DNA of 64,000 nucleotides. Origin: Eledone cirrhosa. Its lineage: Eukaryota. A model generated the notes under the pieces. The model saw nothing but the letters and a program-made list of their open reading frames with translations, made no database searches and was not told the origin of the DNA. The stretch's first letter is position 1; each line of letters begins with the position of its first letter. Shown here piece after piece: positions 26,385 through 44,313 of the stretch. The position numbers and the translations under genes were made by a program. The stretch spans positions 67,394,001-67,458,000 of the forward strand of contig OZ024743.1 of assembly GCA_964016885.1 (NCBI GenBank). Direction: 5' to 3'.

Positions 26385-26692
26385 GCAAGTTAATTGCGTC
26401 CGTAGGCGGTACGCCGGGTGGGCACTCGATGTTCGTGCCGAGCAGAGTATGAATAGTATTAGAATAAAGGCACCAAGCATCATATCATATTTAATAACAT
26501 ATTACATATGTTTCACTGCCAATGAGCTCGAGGGACGATCTATTATTGATTGAATCTGACTCTGGAATCCAGAGTCAGATTTGATTAATCATAGATCGCC
26601 CCTCGAGCTGATTGACAGTGAAACATATGTAATATTTTATTAGATATGCTATGATGCAACACTGATTTTTTGTTCACTTATTCTAATACTAT
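26385..26692. mobile_element. Family C (B-related) fold-back element containing only the 3' half of an HHR
   Basis: Hairpin centred on CTGACTCTGGAATCCAGAGTCAG. The arms carry GAAA CATATG TA ATAT. The left end resembles family B (GCGTCCGTAGGCGGTA..GCACTCGATG..GAGCAGAGTATGA). Confidence 0.7.
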
Positions 26693-26752
26693 ATATATAT
26701 ATATATATACAAATTAAAATTGCATTGCCCTAATGAACACACTGAACACAGA

Positions 26753-26900
26753 TACAAGAAAGTTCTGGTGTAGATTAAATTTCAATTCAGCAGTTCAGTG
26801 GAAGGATCATTGCAAAGAATCACATATAATTGGTGTGAAGAATGCAGCAGAAATAGATTAATGAAATAAATGAACAGACATATTGATATTGAATGGTGGA
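26753..26900. repeat. Dispersed ~150-bp repeat (copy at 43870-44018)
   Basis: CAAGAAAGTTCTGGTG.AGATTAA...GAACAGACATATTGATATTG occurs in both places. Confidence 0.8.
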
Positions 26901-27652
26901 TGTTGGTGATAGGGTTGGGAAACTAATAGGGTGTGAGGACAGACAAGTTATCATGTAGCTGGCCTCTCTACATCGTTCTTTATCTTAAATTTTATATCAC
27001 CTTCTATTTTTATATAGACATACCCCTATAACGTTGAATCCAAATATACACATACACCCAATGACGTACACACTCACACACATGCATACGCACACATAAA
27101 TGTATATGCACATAGACACAAGCACACATATATACAAAAACAAACATCCATAAACACACACACACAAACGCATATATATAATAATATATATATATATATA
27201 TCGTTTCTGAATTTGTTTAGCAACGTGACCCTCCCAAAGTATAACAATATATATATATAATAGGAAAATAGTCCGGACCTCCACCGCTGAGCTCCGGCAG
27301 CTAGATCCGAACTAAGAAGGGCGGGAATGCTGACTCCTTTCCTATTACCCACACTACTACCCTAAGTATTGAGTACTCTGGTGCGTTATCGTCCACCTGG
27401 TGTCTTACCACACCCTCTTTGTTATATATATTATATTATATTTTGACTCGATCATCTTACCCGTTGTTCATAATATATATATATATATATATATACAAGC
27501 AAGATGTATGGTAGGTCGTATGTGAATCGCGATGATCACGCCTGACCTACCAAATATGCGACGGTAGCTAGTTAAGCTCTATGCGTATAAGCAGAGCAGA
27601 AATATTAATGAAAAAGAACAAAGGAACTATTATGACATTACAACAAGTTTAT

Positions 27653-27699
27653 TGCCGACAGCCGTTTCGTCCGACCATATGGTGGGGCTTTTCAAGGCA
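27653..27699 (-). ncRNA. Hammerhead motif with U3:A8 core (family G)
   Basis: Reverse complement: TGCC TTGAAAA GCCCCACC ATAT GGTCGGAC GAAA CGGCTG TC GGCA ATAAA. Confidence 0.7.
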
Positions 27700-28828
27700 T
27701 ATAACAAGTGATTGTAAGTTCATTATTTACATCAACGTTTCACTCAAGATTAGCAGTTTGAAATTGTGGTATACATCAGCAGCTCCGCTTGTATATTTGG
27801 GGTCTATATTCTAAGGGGGCTCTTTTATATTAGTTGTCGGAGTTGTAAAGGGGATGGGTTATGGGGAGTTAAGAGAATTTGAAGAGGGCCTAAGAGTCAG
27901 GGATTGAAGGTTAAAAATTAGATAATTTATAATTTACGCATTAAAAGTAAAGGACTTGGGACCTCGTAGAAGCACCTTAAAAAATCCCTCAATAAGTGCA
28001 TAAAGCTTATAAGCCCCAATAAACCTAACAAACCAGAAGAGATTAAGAGACTAAAAAAATAAAATAAAAAAATAAAAAAATAAAAAAAATAAAAAAAATA
28101 AAAAAAATAAAAATATAAAGTTTCCTAAAAAAAAAATTAAAGTTTCCTAAAAAATTCCTTCGAGGGAAAAATTTTTTTTATCTCAGTTCTGATATAAACC
28201 TAGTAATTTTAAACTAGACATATGATCATTATTTTTATTTTTAACACATTATTGATACGTGTCTCATTCATGAATACTGATATTTACATTATAATACCTA
28301 ATTCATACGAATTGATATTTTTAGATTGATGAAACATAATGTTTTAAATCTGCCTCGTTTATCTCTGGATATTTTTCTTTTCTCACTATGTAACGGCTGT
28401 TTTCTCTCCTAACCACATATATCTCTCTCTACCTTAATACTAGAACTAAATAAATAAATAAATAAATAAATATATCATTGATACGTCATTCAACTGGTGC
28501 CCAACTACCTATTTTCTTTCTCTCTATCTCTATCTATATCTATCTCTCTCTTCTCTCTCTCTCTCTCTCTATCTATCTCCCTCTGTGTTTTTTCTCTCTC
28601 TATCTATCTCTGTTTTTTCTTTACATGAATTTATTCTCTCTATCTATCTCTCTATATCTATCTCTCTCTGTTTTTCGTTGCATGCATTTCTTCTTTTTCT
28701 TCGCTTTCTTTCTTTCTTTCTTTTTATAACTGTCCCTAACATTTTTCACTACCAAATCAACTTTTTAAATGGAAGTTGAAGTTGTAAGGTATGTCAAATC
28801 TATCTATTTATAAGACTGTTTATATTGT

Positions 28829-28885
28829 ATTTTGTCTGAAGAAGACATTTTTAATATGATATCCCTGAAATATATATAATGAAAT
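28829..28885 (+). ncRNA. Degenerate hammerhead (family H)
   Basis: ATTTTGT CTGAAGA ...24 nt... GAAA TATATA TA ATGAAAT. The downstream flank matches 49821-49872. Confidence 0.55.
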
Positions 28886-28917
28886 AAATATGGTTTTATA
28901 AATATAGTTTCCATTTA

Positions 28918-28970
<53 letters not shown>

Positions 28971-30080
28971 ATAAATTAACGGAGCCATAGGCCCTCGCAA
29001 TTCCCTGTAAATAATTATTTCTACTTTGGTGAAATATGATTATTTTTAGAATTTTTTTTGAGAAAAAAATTGATGTAGTGACCTACATTCTGCGGGCTCA
29101 CATACATTCTCTGTGCGTGATTTGGCTCAGCTCAGCCAATCAGCGCCAGTAGAAGAGGATGTATCCTTACGCGTTCTGAGGGAGAAATAGCCCACAAAGA
29201 TTTGAAGACGCAAAACACTTCCAGGCTTGACCATGCTAAGTAATCACCGCTTGTTCTTTTGCTACGCCAGCACAAACGAGTGTAACACAACAATTTAACC
29301 ACGGCCTGGCAACGCTTGTAGCCCGTGTCTTTCTGGAATCTTAATTCATTTATTTTATTTCTTTTGGCATGCCAGCTCAACCTCTGTTAATAAATAATGC
29401 AAAATCAAGCTAAAGTCGTTGTTGATATTCCTATCATATCTCTCTACCAAACCTGGTTACTCGTGGCAACCTTACCAACTTCTAAATACTTCTCCGCTAA
29501 ATTGGAATTTACATCTTCAACCAAATGGTGACTTATATTCAACAAAGAGAAACATCCCCTTTCCTAAATTGGTGACAACACATCTCTTACACCAAACTAC
29601 TTTAGGCACAAGGCCAGCAATTACCCAGTACATTACTGGTACTTTATTTTATAGATCCCGTAAGGATGAAAGGCAAAGTCAACCTCGGCGGGATTTGAGC
29701 TCAGATCGTAAAGGGACGTAACTATTCCCTGTAAATAATGTGCTCAAATGAGAAGAAATCCTGAGCTCTTTAAAATACAATATGTTGAAAAGGTAACAAA
29801 CCAGAGAGAGATATACAGTGCGCTATCAATAAAAGAGAGAAAAAAACCACCAGTGTATGGCTCTGTTAATTTATCGTGATATTTCGCTCCTTATAACAGT
29901 TTTTTCTATCTCTCTGTTTGGTTGAGCACTGAGTGGCTTTGAGCTGCCTTTTCTAGCAGTTCGTCCCTCAGAGGCCAATGGTTCACTGCCCTTAAACACG
30001 CCGTGACTTCTCTCTCCCACGTGTAGCTGGACAGTCACTTTTAGAATTCTCTTAGTGTTGTCTGAAATGTATGGCCTTAC

Positions 30081-30143
30081 ACACGCTGATGAACCGAGGC
30101 CAACCCATTTCTTTCAACAAAGTACTGGTGAAACATATCTTTG
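30081..30143 (+). ncRNA. Degenerate hammerhead-like motif within an inverted-repeat element (~28965-30336)
   Basis: CACG CTGATGA ACCG...CTGGT GAAA CATA TC TTTG. Segments 29785-29860 and 30258-30336 are inverted copies. Confidence 0.45.
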
Positions 30144-30335
30144 GATTAGTATCTTTGGATTTGTACGTGTGCTATATAGTTATAGAGGTATTTATTTACG
30201 CTTTAATTTATATTTTTAATTATCGTGTCTATAGTCTGCCTTTCATAGGTTATAGATTCCATACACTGGTGGTTTTTTTCCCTGTTTTATTGATAGCGTA
30301 CTGTATATGTCTCTCTGGTGTGTTACCTTTTCAAC

Positions 30336-30410
<75 letters not shown>

Positions 30411-31409
30411 TAGTTGTTATATAGTAAGGTGTATTATTGGTTGTGTCAAACGGTCCAATAAAATTTTTGTTTGCAATATTAACTTCTCCACGCTTTTGTA
30501 TATATCCAATTCCATTTATGGGAACAGCTAGATGATGTAAAACGGAGTATTTGTATCAAAATAAAGATCCGAAGTCATGGTATAAATTTCCAATCATTTT
30601 AATCACGACACATGTTTCAATAGGAGATAGATCGATCGTGTAGCCATGATCGAGTATCACTGATCTCGTCAGGTGAAAATGAATTGTCTTCAAATCCTTG
30701 ATATGAGGGAGAAAATTAACGGCGTTCACTCACAGAGTTTAGTCCCTCATATACATTTACATATACCCATTCTTAAGGACCGTGACTACAACGGCATCAT
30801 ACCCGGTACGTTTTTGATGCCAAATTTTGCGTTGCCATGACATAATATTTGAAACTACAGAGTCTCTTAAATACGAACATGTGACTGGGTTGGCTGAAAT
30901 TTCAATGACAATTACGTTTGGAGAGAAAATTAATATGACCTTACTCAAGATATTTGAAAAGTGTTTTGCAAATTAATGCGACAGAATAGTTTTGATTGAC
31001 AAAATTGAGGTTGTAAAGAAATACAACAACAACTGCTGCAGATGTCACCACCGTGAAATTATTGGTATCAGCTGATATTGAATTCAAGCGTGTAATAATA
31101 TTGAATCAGTGTGAGTTCAAATTATACTCACAATCGAAATGTTACGTTCAGTTTTATAAGCAATACAACATCAAGTATGAAATCATACACACACAGACTC
31201 ACACACACATATACATTTACATGTACAAATTCTTAAGGACCGTGACTACAACGGCAACATACCAGGTAGGTATGTTTCATTAGCTCTGATGACCAGATTG
31301 TTCATCTTGTGGAAGTGGACCATTCAAACTCGCCCTAAGCAATTGAGTTGTTCTATACCTTGTATATTTTTACCTACCTATTCTACCTATCACTACTTCT
31401 AGTACTACT

Positions 31410-32002
<593 letters not shown>

Positions 32003-32102
32003 TAATATCTACACTACTCTACTCTGTGGAATATCGAGTGCTAATTTTGGCATACCGCCTATGGAAGCACCATAGCTACCACTATACACAACTATATATA
32101 TA

Positions 32103-32174
<72 letters not shown>

Positions 32175-32199
32175 AATATATAATATTCAAAACATAATC

Positions 32200-33400
32200 T
32201 GTTAGTTTGAATTCCAGAACTGATGCTGCGAAGGGTTTATCAGTAATACATTTTCTTCTCTGAAATTTGTGAAGATTAATATTCCATGGTTCTGACCTTT
32301 GAAAGAATTGTGTCGGATTTTCAAATGATAAATTCAACACAAAATCCCGCATATCGCATTCCTACTCAATGAGCAGAAAATCATACATAACTCCTTCTTG
32401 CATTTCCAATACATCAACAGAATATCACACATACATCCTTCTAGCCCTATCAATGCATCATTTCTATTGTGTTATTTTGCTTCAAATAAAAATAGGATGC
32501 GCAGAATTAATCCAACTCATAATGTCTTCTCATTGCATCATTTTCAGATTCTAAGCACAGCTACTCAAACATCACAGAGGTAAAATGTAAAGGAAAATTA
32601 CATGGAGATTGGCAGCAAATAAACATTAATAATATCAGAATAATTAATCTTTAAATCTTTATCCATAATTCTTTATTTGACACTGATTTAAGATTATACG
32701 TGAAATTGGTATTATTTCGCATTTCATTGAATCCCTCTTCGATTGTGAGGTTCATATTCAAAAGCTCTGCTACTGATGTAATAAATTGTCTCTGATTCAG
32801 ATGGTAGTGTGTACTCTTTCTAAAATTGTAAACATGAATACTGACATTTTACTTCTGGTTTCTGTAAATACTCAATATTTTTAAACAATTCTAAATTTCT
32901 TCTTGTAAATTTCTATGACTACTGCTCGCATCTCAGAGAAAGAACTACGTGATTTCGGTTCCATTGGCAGCTAATGTTTTAAACAGACGTTTTGTCTAAC
33001 TTTACGTTGACAAGCCGTCTCATCTCTCACAGCATTTATCTTATCAGTTGAAGATAATACAGTAGTTTCAGTTGAGCTTCACCATATAGAATATATTTCT
33101 CGTAATTTACCTGATATCTAGAAAATATGATTCAACAGACTAGATGATATATATACAAGAGTCTGACAAGCGTTATTAATTTTGGTCAATACTGACACCA
33201 CCAAAAAAAGAAACAATATTACGCTTTGCAAATATAGGTCTAGACATATTGAAACAAATAAAAGTTTGCCTCTGATATATTTGCAATGGATTTCTTCATT
33301 ATCTAACCAAACATTTCAAATAGGAGACATATGTTTTCAAGTTACAATTTGTCTTGAAAACTTAATACTTCTCCAATATATGTAAGAAACGTTAATTCTG
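32200..33400 (-). pseudogene. Ancient hAT (Charlie/Buster-like) transposase relic
   Basis: TVLSSTDKINAVRD, FITSVAELLNMNLTIEEGFNEMRNN..ELWIKI..NYSDII..YLLP..FYLCD (cf. FW..EYP.L...LLPF.TTYLCE). Homologous to 41480-43170 and 47040-47690. Confidence 0.6.
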
Positions 33401-34403
33401 TATATATCTAAAGTATGCTATATTGTTGTATTAACTTTTAACTTAGGAACTCATCTTTGGACACATTACTGCACTGTTATGAACTGATGATAGAGTCTCC
33501 GTCGGTCTCAACGACGGTCATTCAATAGGTTGGTCTAGTGACGTGAATCTTACTCATGAAATTAAGTGTAATTTGCTGTGTTCGAAAGACACGTGCACCA
33601 CAATTAAAGTAACTAGCAGAAAAATCACCCTTCGGGTGGTTTTCTGCTAGCTTGTGTAGTGTGTATATTGATATTATACGCACGTATATATGCATATAGA
33701 TAGGCTACATCAAATAAAATCGTAATTGACAATATACACAGAAATTAAACGAAGACTGCGTTATACTGTCTTATGTAATCAGTAACGTAATCCATGATAC
33801 ATTAAAAAAAGACGATATTATATATAAACTGCATTAGGAGAAAATTAGTGACGGAAATATATGAATGTTTATTTCAGCGATCGCTAACCGGAAGTGTTGA
33901 CATTTGAAAATGTTAAAGAAGTGAATCTTAAAATAAGCCACACAATTATTAATATTTAATCAAGAATAACGAAATTTAGTAGATAAATTATGTAATAATC
34001 ATTCGTTATTTATTCAAAGTAATCCAACTTATTTTACAACAGGATAAAAACATATATTCTAGACGCAGTCCCGCATTCCTTACTTTACTATAGTTTATAT
34101 TTTCAGACGTTATCATTGTAACACAATGAAACAAAACTGGACCTTCGAATTACATGTATAATCTCAATGGAAAGAATCGGAGTGACAGTGAGATTGGAGT
34201 GGCACCCCCCCCCCCCACACACACATGTATATATATATATGTGTTAGTTATGTGTGTAACAAGATTTACAGGCAAGGCGCCGTTCGAAGCTTGGGTCCTA
34301 GTTTAGTGTTACGACTGTAATGTGCTTAGTGTAGATAGATTTAACTTAGTCGAAGTCATTATTCTACCATACGTACAAACCTTATTTGCATATTACAATT
34401 GTT

Positions 34404-34468
<65 letters not shown>

Positions 34469-34835
34469 CCCAGACAGACTTTTGCCACCATCATCGATCA
34501 ACCCCTCTAAGCGCTCCTGCAATAATAACACTTTTTGAACTACTTATCCTCAAGAACCATGCCTGTAAATAATATTATTCTTTCTTTCCCATTACCTTAT
34601 CATATTCCACATCACACCCTTTCTTTTTTACTTCATTGATAATTATTAAATAAATAAATTAATAAATAAATAAATCAATGTTATTGTTAATTAATAAATA
34701 AATTAACAAATACCTTAACACTTCACGAACAGTTAAATATTTTGTTTTAAACATTTTCTAACCCAGATAAAAGAGAAAAAATAAAGGAAAAAAATATGTT
34801 TCTTCCTAATGATAGTTTTTTCTCCCTATTTACAG

Positions 34836-34886
<51 letters not shown>

Positions 34887-35071
34887 ACCGGGACAACCAC
34901 GATTCAATTCGCCGTCACCAACCTCTTGACTTTTCCCAAAACCCTCTCCCAAAACTTTTTCTCTTTCAGTTTCCGATATTTTTTGTGCCCCACGCCCACT
35001 CTAAAGCATGAACCTAATACTGACACTTTGTACTGTACTCTTCGTTATTGTTTTTGTTTTCTGTTTTAACT

Positions 35072-35138
<67 letters not shown>

Positions 35139-35657
35139 ATATATATATATAGTAATATATATATATAGTAATATATATATATAGTTATATATATATATAT
35201 ATATATACAAATATAAATTAGCGAGAATCGCATTTCGGCTATTGGAAATTAGCTAATAACAACTTCCGAAATGTGTTGCAAGCGCTCAATAGAAACGAGT
35301 GAACTAGAGCAAAAACATACGTTAAAAGGCCAAACACACTGGGACGATGGTTAAACCATTAACTGCAAAGCCATAGAAGCGAACAAGCTATTCGGCTAAA
35401 AAAATAATAAAATATGATTGAAATATATATATATATATGGAATAACAAGTTATCGTTATAGGTAATCCAGTTAGAGGTTGTGAGTACTCTTCGTCATTGA
35501 TAGTTTTAACGTACGGCTTTCTTTTACTCAACAAGATGCTTTCATAGTTATTCAGCGAATTCGCGGTAATTAGTATAACAATATTGATGTTATTGTTTTG
35601 ATTATACGCTATTTTTCTATATAAGTCTTGCCTCGAGTGAATTACTTTAATATCTAC

Positions 35658-35768
35658 GTACCCTGATGTGTTGACCAGAGGTAAATAATGTATTGGGGAT
35701 CGAATGACGCAACCTCAAGCGATTAGCGAACTCTAGACTCACCTGATCAACGAAACAATTGTCCGTAC
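35658..35768 (+). ncRNA. Hammerhead-like motif with ~80-nt extended helix II (family K)
   Basis: GTACC CTGATGT GTTGACCAG ... CTGATCAAC GAAA CAATTG TC CGTAC, then AATAAA. A9 is mutated to U. Confidence 0.6.
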
Positions 35769-35848
35769 TTTAAATAAATCCCCTATTGTACAGCTAAACA
35801 TGTTACTCTTCATTCTTTAACTATATATATATATATATATATATATAC

Positions 35849-38530
<2,682 letters not shown>

Positions 38531-38984
38531 TAGATAGATAGATAGATATATATATATATAAGAGAGAGAGTCCATTGCTGGACTACCACTCTACTTATCG
38601 AATATGAAAGGATTGAAATCGAAGTTCATGTCGGTGAGATTTGATATTATCAGAACGTAGGAAACCGGAAATAATGCAACCAAATATTCTTTCTGAGGCT
38701 TGAAAGATTCTGGTAATTTATCGCCTGCTGGATAATCTATACTGTACTCCACTAATATGGCTGGCCGTCTTTCCACCGATTGTTATCCGGTGAAGTATAT
38801 ATGTGTCCTACATATGGCATACGCACATGTGATTGTTGTCATTGTTTGTGTTGATGTCTTTTGCCCTTTATTTACACGATGTAGTAGACCTATCAAAGAC
38901 AATTCAGTTAGGGCCATTCACTCGAATGGGTATGTATAGGTCTATGTTGATCAAACTTTTTGTCGGTTAGGTGCTTCAAATGTC

Positions 38985-39710
38985 GTCTTCTTCTTCTTCT
39001 TCTTCTTCTTCTTCTTCTTCTTCTTCTTCTTCTTCTTCTTCTTCTTCTTCTTCTTCTTCTTCTTCTTCTTCTTCTTCTTCTTCTTCTTCTTCTTCTTCTT
39101 CTTCTTCTTCTTCTTCATCATCATCATATTCTTCTTCTTCTTCTTCTTCTTCTTCTTCTTCTTCTTCTTCTTCGCTCACTTATTCCTGACAGGGTCGTGG
39201 GGGCAGAGTCCCCCAAACACTTCTTCCAGTGGGTCTTGTCAGAAGCAACCGTCTCCAACTGATCCGGCTGGATCTTCAAGCAAAACCATCCAAGCTCCTG
39301 GATATTATCCACCATCTTGTTTGGGCTCTACCCCTGTTTCTCTTGCAGGTCGCTTTTTCTCGTAAAATCTGTCCAGGGTTTCTTTCCCGAAACATTCTCT
39401 CCACAGGCCCTTAATATCGGAGCTCTGATCTCTCAATTCGGAGAAGTAATGCCTTAACCTGGAGTGACTCCCTAATTCTGAGCTACGCACTCTATAGATT
39501 ATCGTTACCCTAAATACCCTTCATAGGAAACCAATTTTGGTCTCTTGTATTCGCGATCGTATTCCTTCGCTCATTACTAAAGACTCATGAATATAGGTAA
39601 GGGTTGGCATGAACACCGAATTGAAGATCGCGAGTTTGGCTTTTACACGTAACTCGCTTCTTCTCATTACCAAATGCTGAAGCGGGCGTAATACTGCGCC
39701 AGCTCCTGTA
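38985..39710 (-). mobile_element. 3' fragment of an RTE-like LINE with a (GAA)n tail
   Basis: Minus-strand relics RSSELGS..LR, GVEPKQDG / MVDNIQELGW...VASDKTHWKK followed by (GAA)n at 38985-39173. Confidence 0.6.
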
Positions 39711-39889
39711 TTTCTTGCACTTAATTTAGCTTTTAATCTTATCCGGGATATTTTGTATTAGGGAAGAAAATTGATGCTGATAAATGGCAGAATGGTTTAA
39801 GCTTGCTTGTTAGAACCTCGTCCATTCTGATGATGAGGAGTGTTCCGAAAACTAATTTTCCTATTCTTTAAACAACGGAATATCCTGTT

Positions 39890-40240
39890 TGTTAAATTAA
39901 AGTCCAATTGACTGAGCTCTCCATAGTCATCGTATACCCATAACATAATTCTGAGGGAGATTCAGCGTGTTACAGTGTGTTACAAAGTTAGCCCTTTGTA
40001 TTTCAAGTAACATTTCTTCCAGTTGAGTGTACAGGAGATAGGTGAAATATATTTTCTTGTTTAAAAACTGATCCTACACGGTCCAGGAATAGAGTGAAGG
40101 CGCATTGCTTAGTGGTTAGAGCCTTGGGATTGCAATCGAAAGGTTGTGAGTTCAATTCTCGGACCGGGTAATGTGTTGTTTCCTTGAGCAAGACATTTTA
40201 TTTCACGTTGCTACAGTTTACTTAGCTGTAGAAATGAGAT
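39890..40240. mobile_element. Two CORE-type tRNA SINE fragments head-to-head (minus 39890-40080, plus 40098-40240)
   Basis: GGCGCATTGCTTAGTGGTTAGAG (A box), GAGTTCAATTC (B box), CORE TCCTTGAGCAAGACATTTTA. Confidence 0.7.
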
Positions 40241-40596
40241 GATAGGACTGGGGTCCCTATCATTAAATCACCCAAGACACCTCCAACGAGATATACCTTG
40301 GAGGAGGCTAGCTAAACCTGCATAGGTGTGAGCTGTCACACACCCACACACACACACACACACACGCACACACACACACACATACATACCCCCCCCCCCC
40401 CACACACAGACAGAGGAATAGAACTCTCAACTCTACCACCGGGAAGCCAGCAGGTTATCAACACACCACGAGATTTTGGCGGCTATATTTTAGACATTAA
40501 TAAATAGAAATCTCTGGAGAAAATTTCTAATTTTCCGTAACTGTTACAGAATTTAACATTAGTGTTAGTTATTTATTGTTCAGATAACATGTATTG

Positions 40597-40945
40597 GGTG
40601 TTGTTGTTGCTAATGTTGTTGCTGTTGTTGCTGATGTTGTTGTTTTGTTGTTTTTATTGTCCTTACTTTTGCTGTTGTTGTTTTTGTTTCTGCTGTTGAT
40701 GTTGGTGTTGGCGATGTTGATCATCATGATGTTGATGATGAAGATGATGATGATGATGTTGATGTTGACGATGTTGTTTTGATGTTGACGATGTCGATGA
40801 TGTTGGTGATGTTGATGATGATGTTGGTGGGAGTGATGATGTTGATGTTGGTGATGATGATGTTAATGGCGATGGTGATGACGACGAGGAAAATCATGAT
40901 AATCATGATGTTGATGCTTATGTTGATGTTTATGTTGATTTTGAT
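40597..40945. repeat. (GTT)/(GAT)n low-complexity tract
   Basis: Direct reading. Confidence 0.9.
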
Positions 40946-41479
40946 TGAGCAGCAGGCGTTTGGTAGGTTGGGTAACTGCCAGCCTATCGCTCTGGTACAA
41001 TCCGAAGTTCCTTAGCATCTGAACTATAATACCCTCTATTAATGGTCCACATATACTGACATTTTTCATTTGCGGTAATATATAAGCTAATCTCTTTTAT
41101 AGTATTCCTTTGAGATTGGTTTGTTTATTTCATTTAGTCGACGAATGAAATTACATATTTATATTACATGTAACGCAGAGCCTGTGGGGATATTCGGAGT
41201 GTATTCTAGAGAGTTGGATTTCTGTTTAAATTGTACTGTAATATTATTTTCAAATCTATTAATGCTATAAATATTTATTGAGTAATATCTGCGTTTTTTT
41301 ACGCTGTTAATTTGTGTATCGATTAGTTCGTATGTAGAAATATAATAAATACGTTCTTCGTCTTAGAGTCTAACGATTTTATGACAGCCATTTTCAATAG
41401 TTCAGTTGATTTAAATATATACTATTTTGATTTTAAGATATATTCATGAATTTATGAATAAATCTTGATCGAGGATTAA

Positions 41480-43170
41480 TTTTAGGTGCTGCAATTGTCT
41501 GGCAAGGGAATTGATCTGAGACTGTGTGTTATAACTAAAGCAATTGCTTCGCGAAAGGAGTCACTTTTACCATTTAAAAACACAGGAAAACTTTTACCTT
41601 CAATTTGTAGTTATCATCTATTTCTTCAAGTGAAAATGTTCGTTACTCTGTTTGTATTGAAAGTAAATTTAAGTTGTTTCATGTTTTTGGATGTCCAAAA
41701 ATGAGTTCTCCACGATGTGATAGATTAATTTTCTCATCTCTCAAAATGATAGAAGACATCTTTAACCTTCGTCCAACATTACAAACAAAAGGATGATAAA
41801 TAAAGATTTATTGATATTGAATGGGAGATAAGAAAAGCGTGACTATAACAACAGGTCAACGGCAACCATATCTATATTTATTTAAACTTAGCACAGATAT
41901 GTATATCAAAGAATATTAGATATCTGTAAACAGGATTTTAGTGGAGGCTTTGTCATAAAACTATATTTTGTAAATTTCTCAAATATGAATATGTCCCTAG
42001 GAGATTTACATTTCAATAAACCCCCACCAGAAAATATTCTTACTCAGATGTTAAGTCCAAACTATGAAAGACCTTGCTCTCTAGTAGAGCACCCCCAGGA
42101 ATGCTCATGATTTCGTGCAGCCTTGCTTTCTTTCCCAGTGCTATAGTAACTTATCCAAACCTCAGAAATATACTTGAAACAGAATATAATCTAACCTGCA
42201 TTATGTCACTTATTGTCTGAAATATTAAAGCTGGTTTTCTGTCAATGGTAGTGGTATTGAGAACAAGGACACTTCTGTTGCTATTCCAGCTGCGAATGCC
42301 CTTTCTTGCATTTATATAGGGTCTAAATCTTGAACTACGTGAACCATTCATTGTGTTTCAAATTTCACCCGGTAGGATCTGAACTGTGAGAGATCTTGCT
42401 GATATTCCTAATAGTTTGAACAACGGCATTTGTCATATTATGGACTGTATAATATAATTGTAAAAGAAGCGCATCTGAAAGTAGTGTATTATCTTCAACT
42501 GATAAGATAAATACTGTAGAAGATGGGAAGATCTGTTACTGTGGAGATACACATCTGAAACATTTCCCAAAAATGTCAGTTAAAAGAAATTATGCTGTCA
42601 TCGTAAACGAAGTCACATAGATATTTCTCAGAGATAGTAGTGTTAATAAAATACAGGAGAAACAACATACAATTGCTTATAAAATAACATCTTATAGAAA
42701 CCAGAAGTAAAATGTCAGTAATCTTGCCTACAATTTTAGATAGAGTACACAATACCAACTGTTTCGGAGAACTATTTATTACATCAATAGCAGATCGTTT
42801 GAATATGAACCTCATAAGCGAACAGGAATTCAATGAAATGAGAAATAATGCCAATTTCATGTTAAATCTTAGATCAGTGTCAAGTAGGGTATTAAGGATA
42901 AAGATTTAAAGATTAATTATTCTGAAATTGTTAATATATATTTGCTGCCAATCCCCATGTAATTCTCCTATACATCTTAGATCTATGATGTTGGATTAGA
43001 TGTGCGCGGAACCATAAAAAGAAGCAACGAGAGATTAATTCTATTCTTCCTCTGTTTATTTCCATAAAAATAATATTATAGTAATGATATATTGATGCGA
43101 CGTGGACACACCATGGCCAAATAGTTATAGATGATTCTTCGCAATTATTAGTAGCTGAGTTCGAATCCAA
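41480..43170 (+). pseudogene. Ancient hAT (Charlie/Buster-like) transposase relic
   Basis: DLADIPNSLN (cf. YLADIF..LN), SVLSSTDKINTV, FITSIADRLNMNLISEQEFNEMRNN. Inverted homolog of 32200-33400. Confidence 0.6.
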
Positions 43171-43346
43171 AGCGTGGCTTCATAAGTAAATAACAAATAA
43201 AATAGCACCGGTGGACTCATGCATAATGAATAGAATTGCGGGGACAAATATTGATAGAAAGCCCGTCAGATGAACAGGTAATGTAAATCAAAGGGCTAAG
43301 TTTGTCACACACTGTTTCATGTAGAACCTCCCTGACAATTATTTTA

Positions 43347-43523
43347 TGGATTGGCAGTATCGGTAGAGGGTCTTTGCAGCAAAGAGTTACGGCCCTTTAT
43401 GATCTGAGTTCAAATCCCGCCGAGGTTAACTTTGCCTTTCATCCTTACGGGGTCGATAAAATAAAGTACCAGTAATACACTGGAATAATTGCTGGCCTTG
43501 TGCCAAGAGTAGAAACAATTATT
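43347..43523 (+). mobile_element. MetaSINE-like SINE inserted into an older CORE-type SINE
   Basis: Family motifs are present. The flanks (43270-43345, 43525-43620) resemble the 5310-5603 family. Confidence 0.8.
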
Positions 43524-44233
43524 TTAAATGTAACCAAATCTCTGCTCAGCCATTACTACGTTAATTTCCCGGGCAAGTTATTCCATTGTTCGAATAATTG
43601 GAACCCATATTATCTAAACAGATGAAGTTCCATTCTATTTATAAAGCAGATCTATATCCATTAAGAACAAAGATGTATTAAGAATTATGCGTGGGAATTC
43701 TTAGTTAAACAAAAATACAAAAAAAACAAAAAAACTTTTCGTTGACAGTTAAATCTAAAAAACAATTCGTTGATAGTTAAATCTAGAGAAATATATTCCG
43801 CTGATAAAACTCCGAAATATCCTTCTTTGCTTAAAACGTTGCATCTCCATAGTATATGGGCACGCAGATACAAGAAAGTTCTGGTGCAGATTAAGATTCA
43901 ATTCAGCAGTTCAGTGGAAGGTTGATTGCAGAGAATCACATGTAATTGGTGTGAAGAATGCAGCATAAATAGATTAATGAAATAAATGAACAGACATATT
44001 GATATTGTATGGTGGATAGTTAGTGAAATATGCTTTAAAATACTGTGGGTGCGAAGGACAGAAACTGAATTCAATGAAGTATTGATACAGGGGGAATGAG
44101 GTATGTATGCAACTGTGTTAATGTACTAATATGATAGGAAGGTGTTGAAATGCGCGGAGAATTTGTTCAAAAGACAAACAATATATTCTGACATGTTTAG
44201 AGAAATACATAATGACTGATTAAAGCCTAAAAA

Positions 44234-44313
<80 letters not shown>

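Noticed and set aside
31280-31335. CTGATGA..GAAG TGGACCA TT hammerhead candidate
   Set aside because: GAAA is mutated and helix I does not pair, so it cannot be supported from a single copy.
33483-33610. CTGATGA followed by a hairpin
   Set aside because: It lies in a decayed SINE tail, with no GAAA/NUH in register.
39826-39865. CTGATGATGAGGAGTGTTCCGAAA as a hammerhead
   Set aside because: Helix II is plausible, but there is no convincing helix I or helix III pairing.
42060-42230. Possible Maverick/Polinton packaging ATPase motif (CFLSQCYSNLSKP)
   Set aside because: The surrounding frames and two homologous copies fit a decayed hAT/Charlie transposase better. No Walker A or other Maverick genes were seen.
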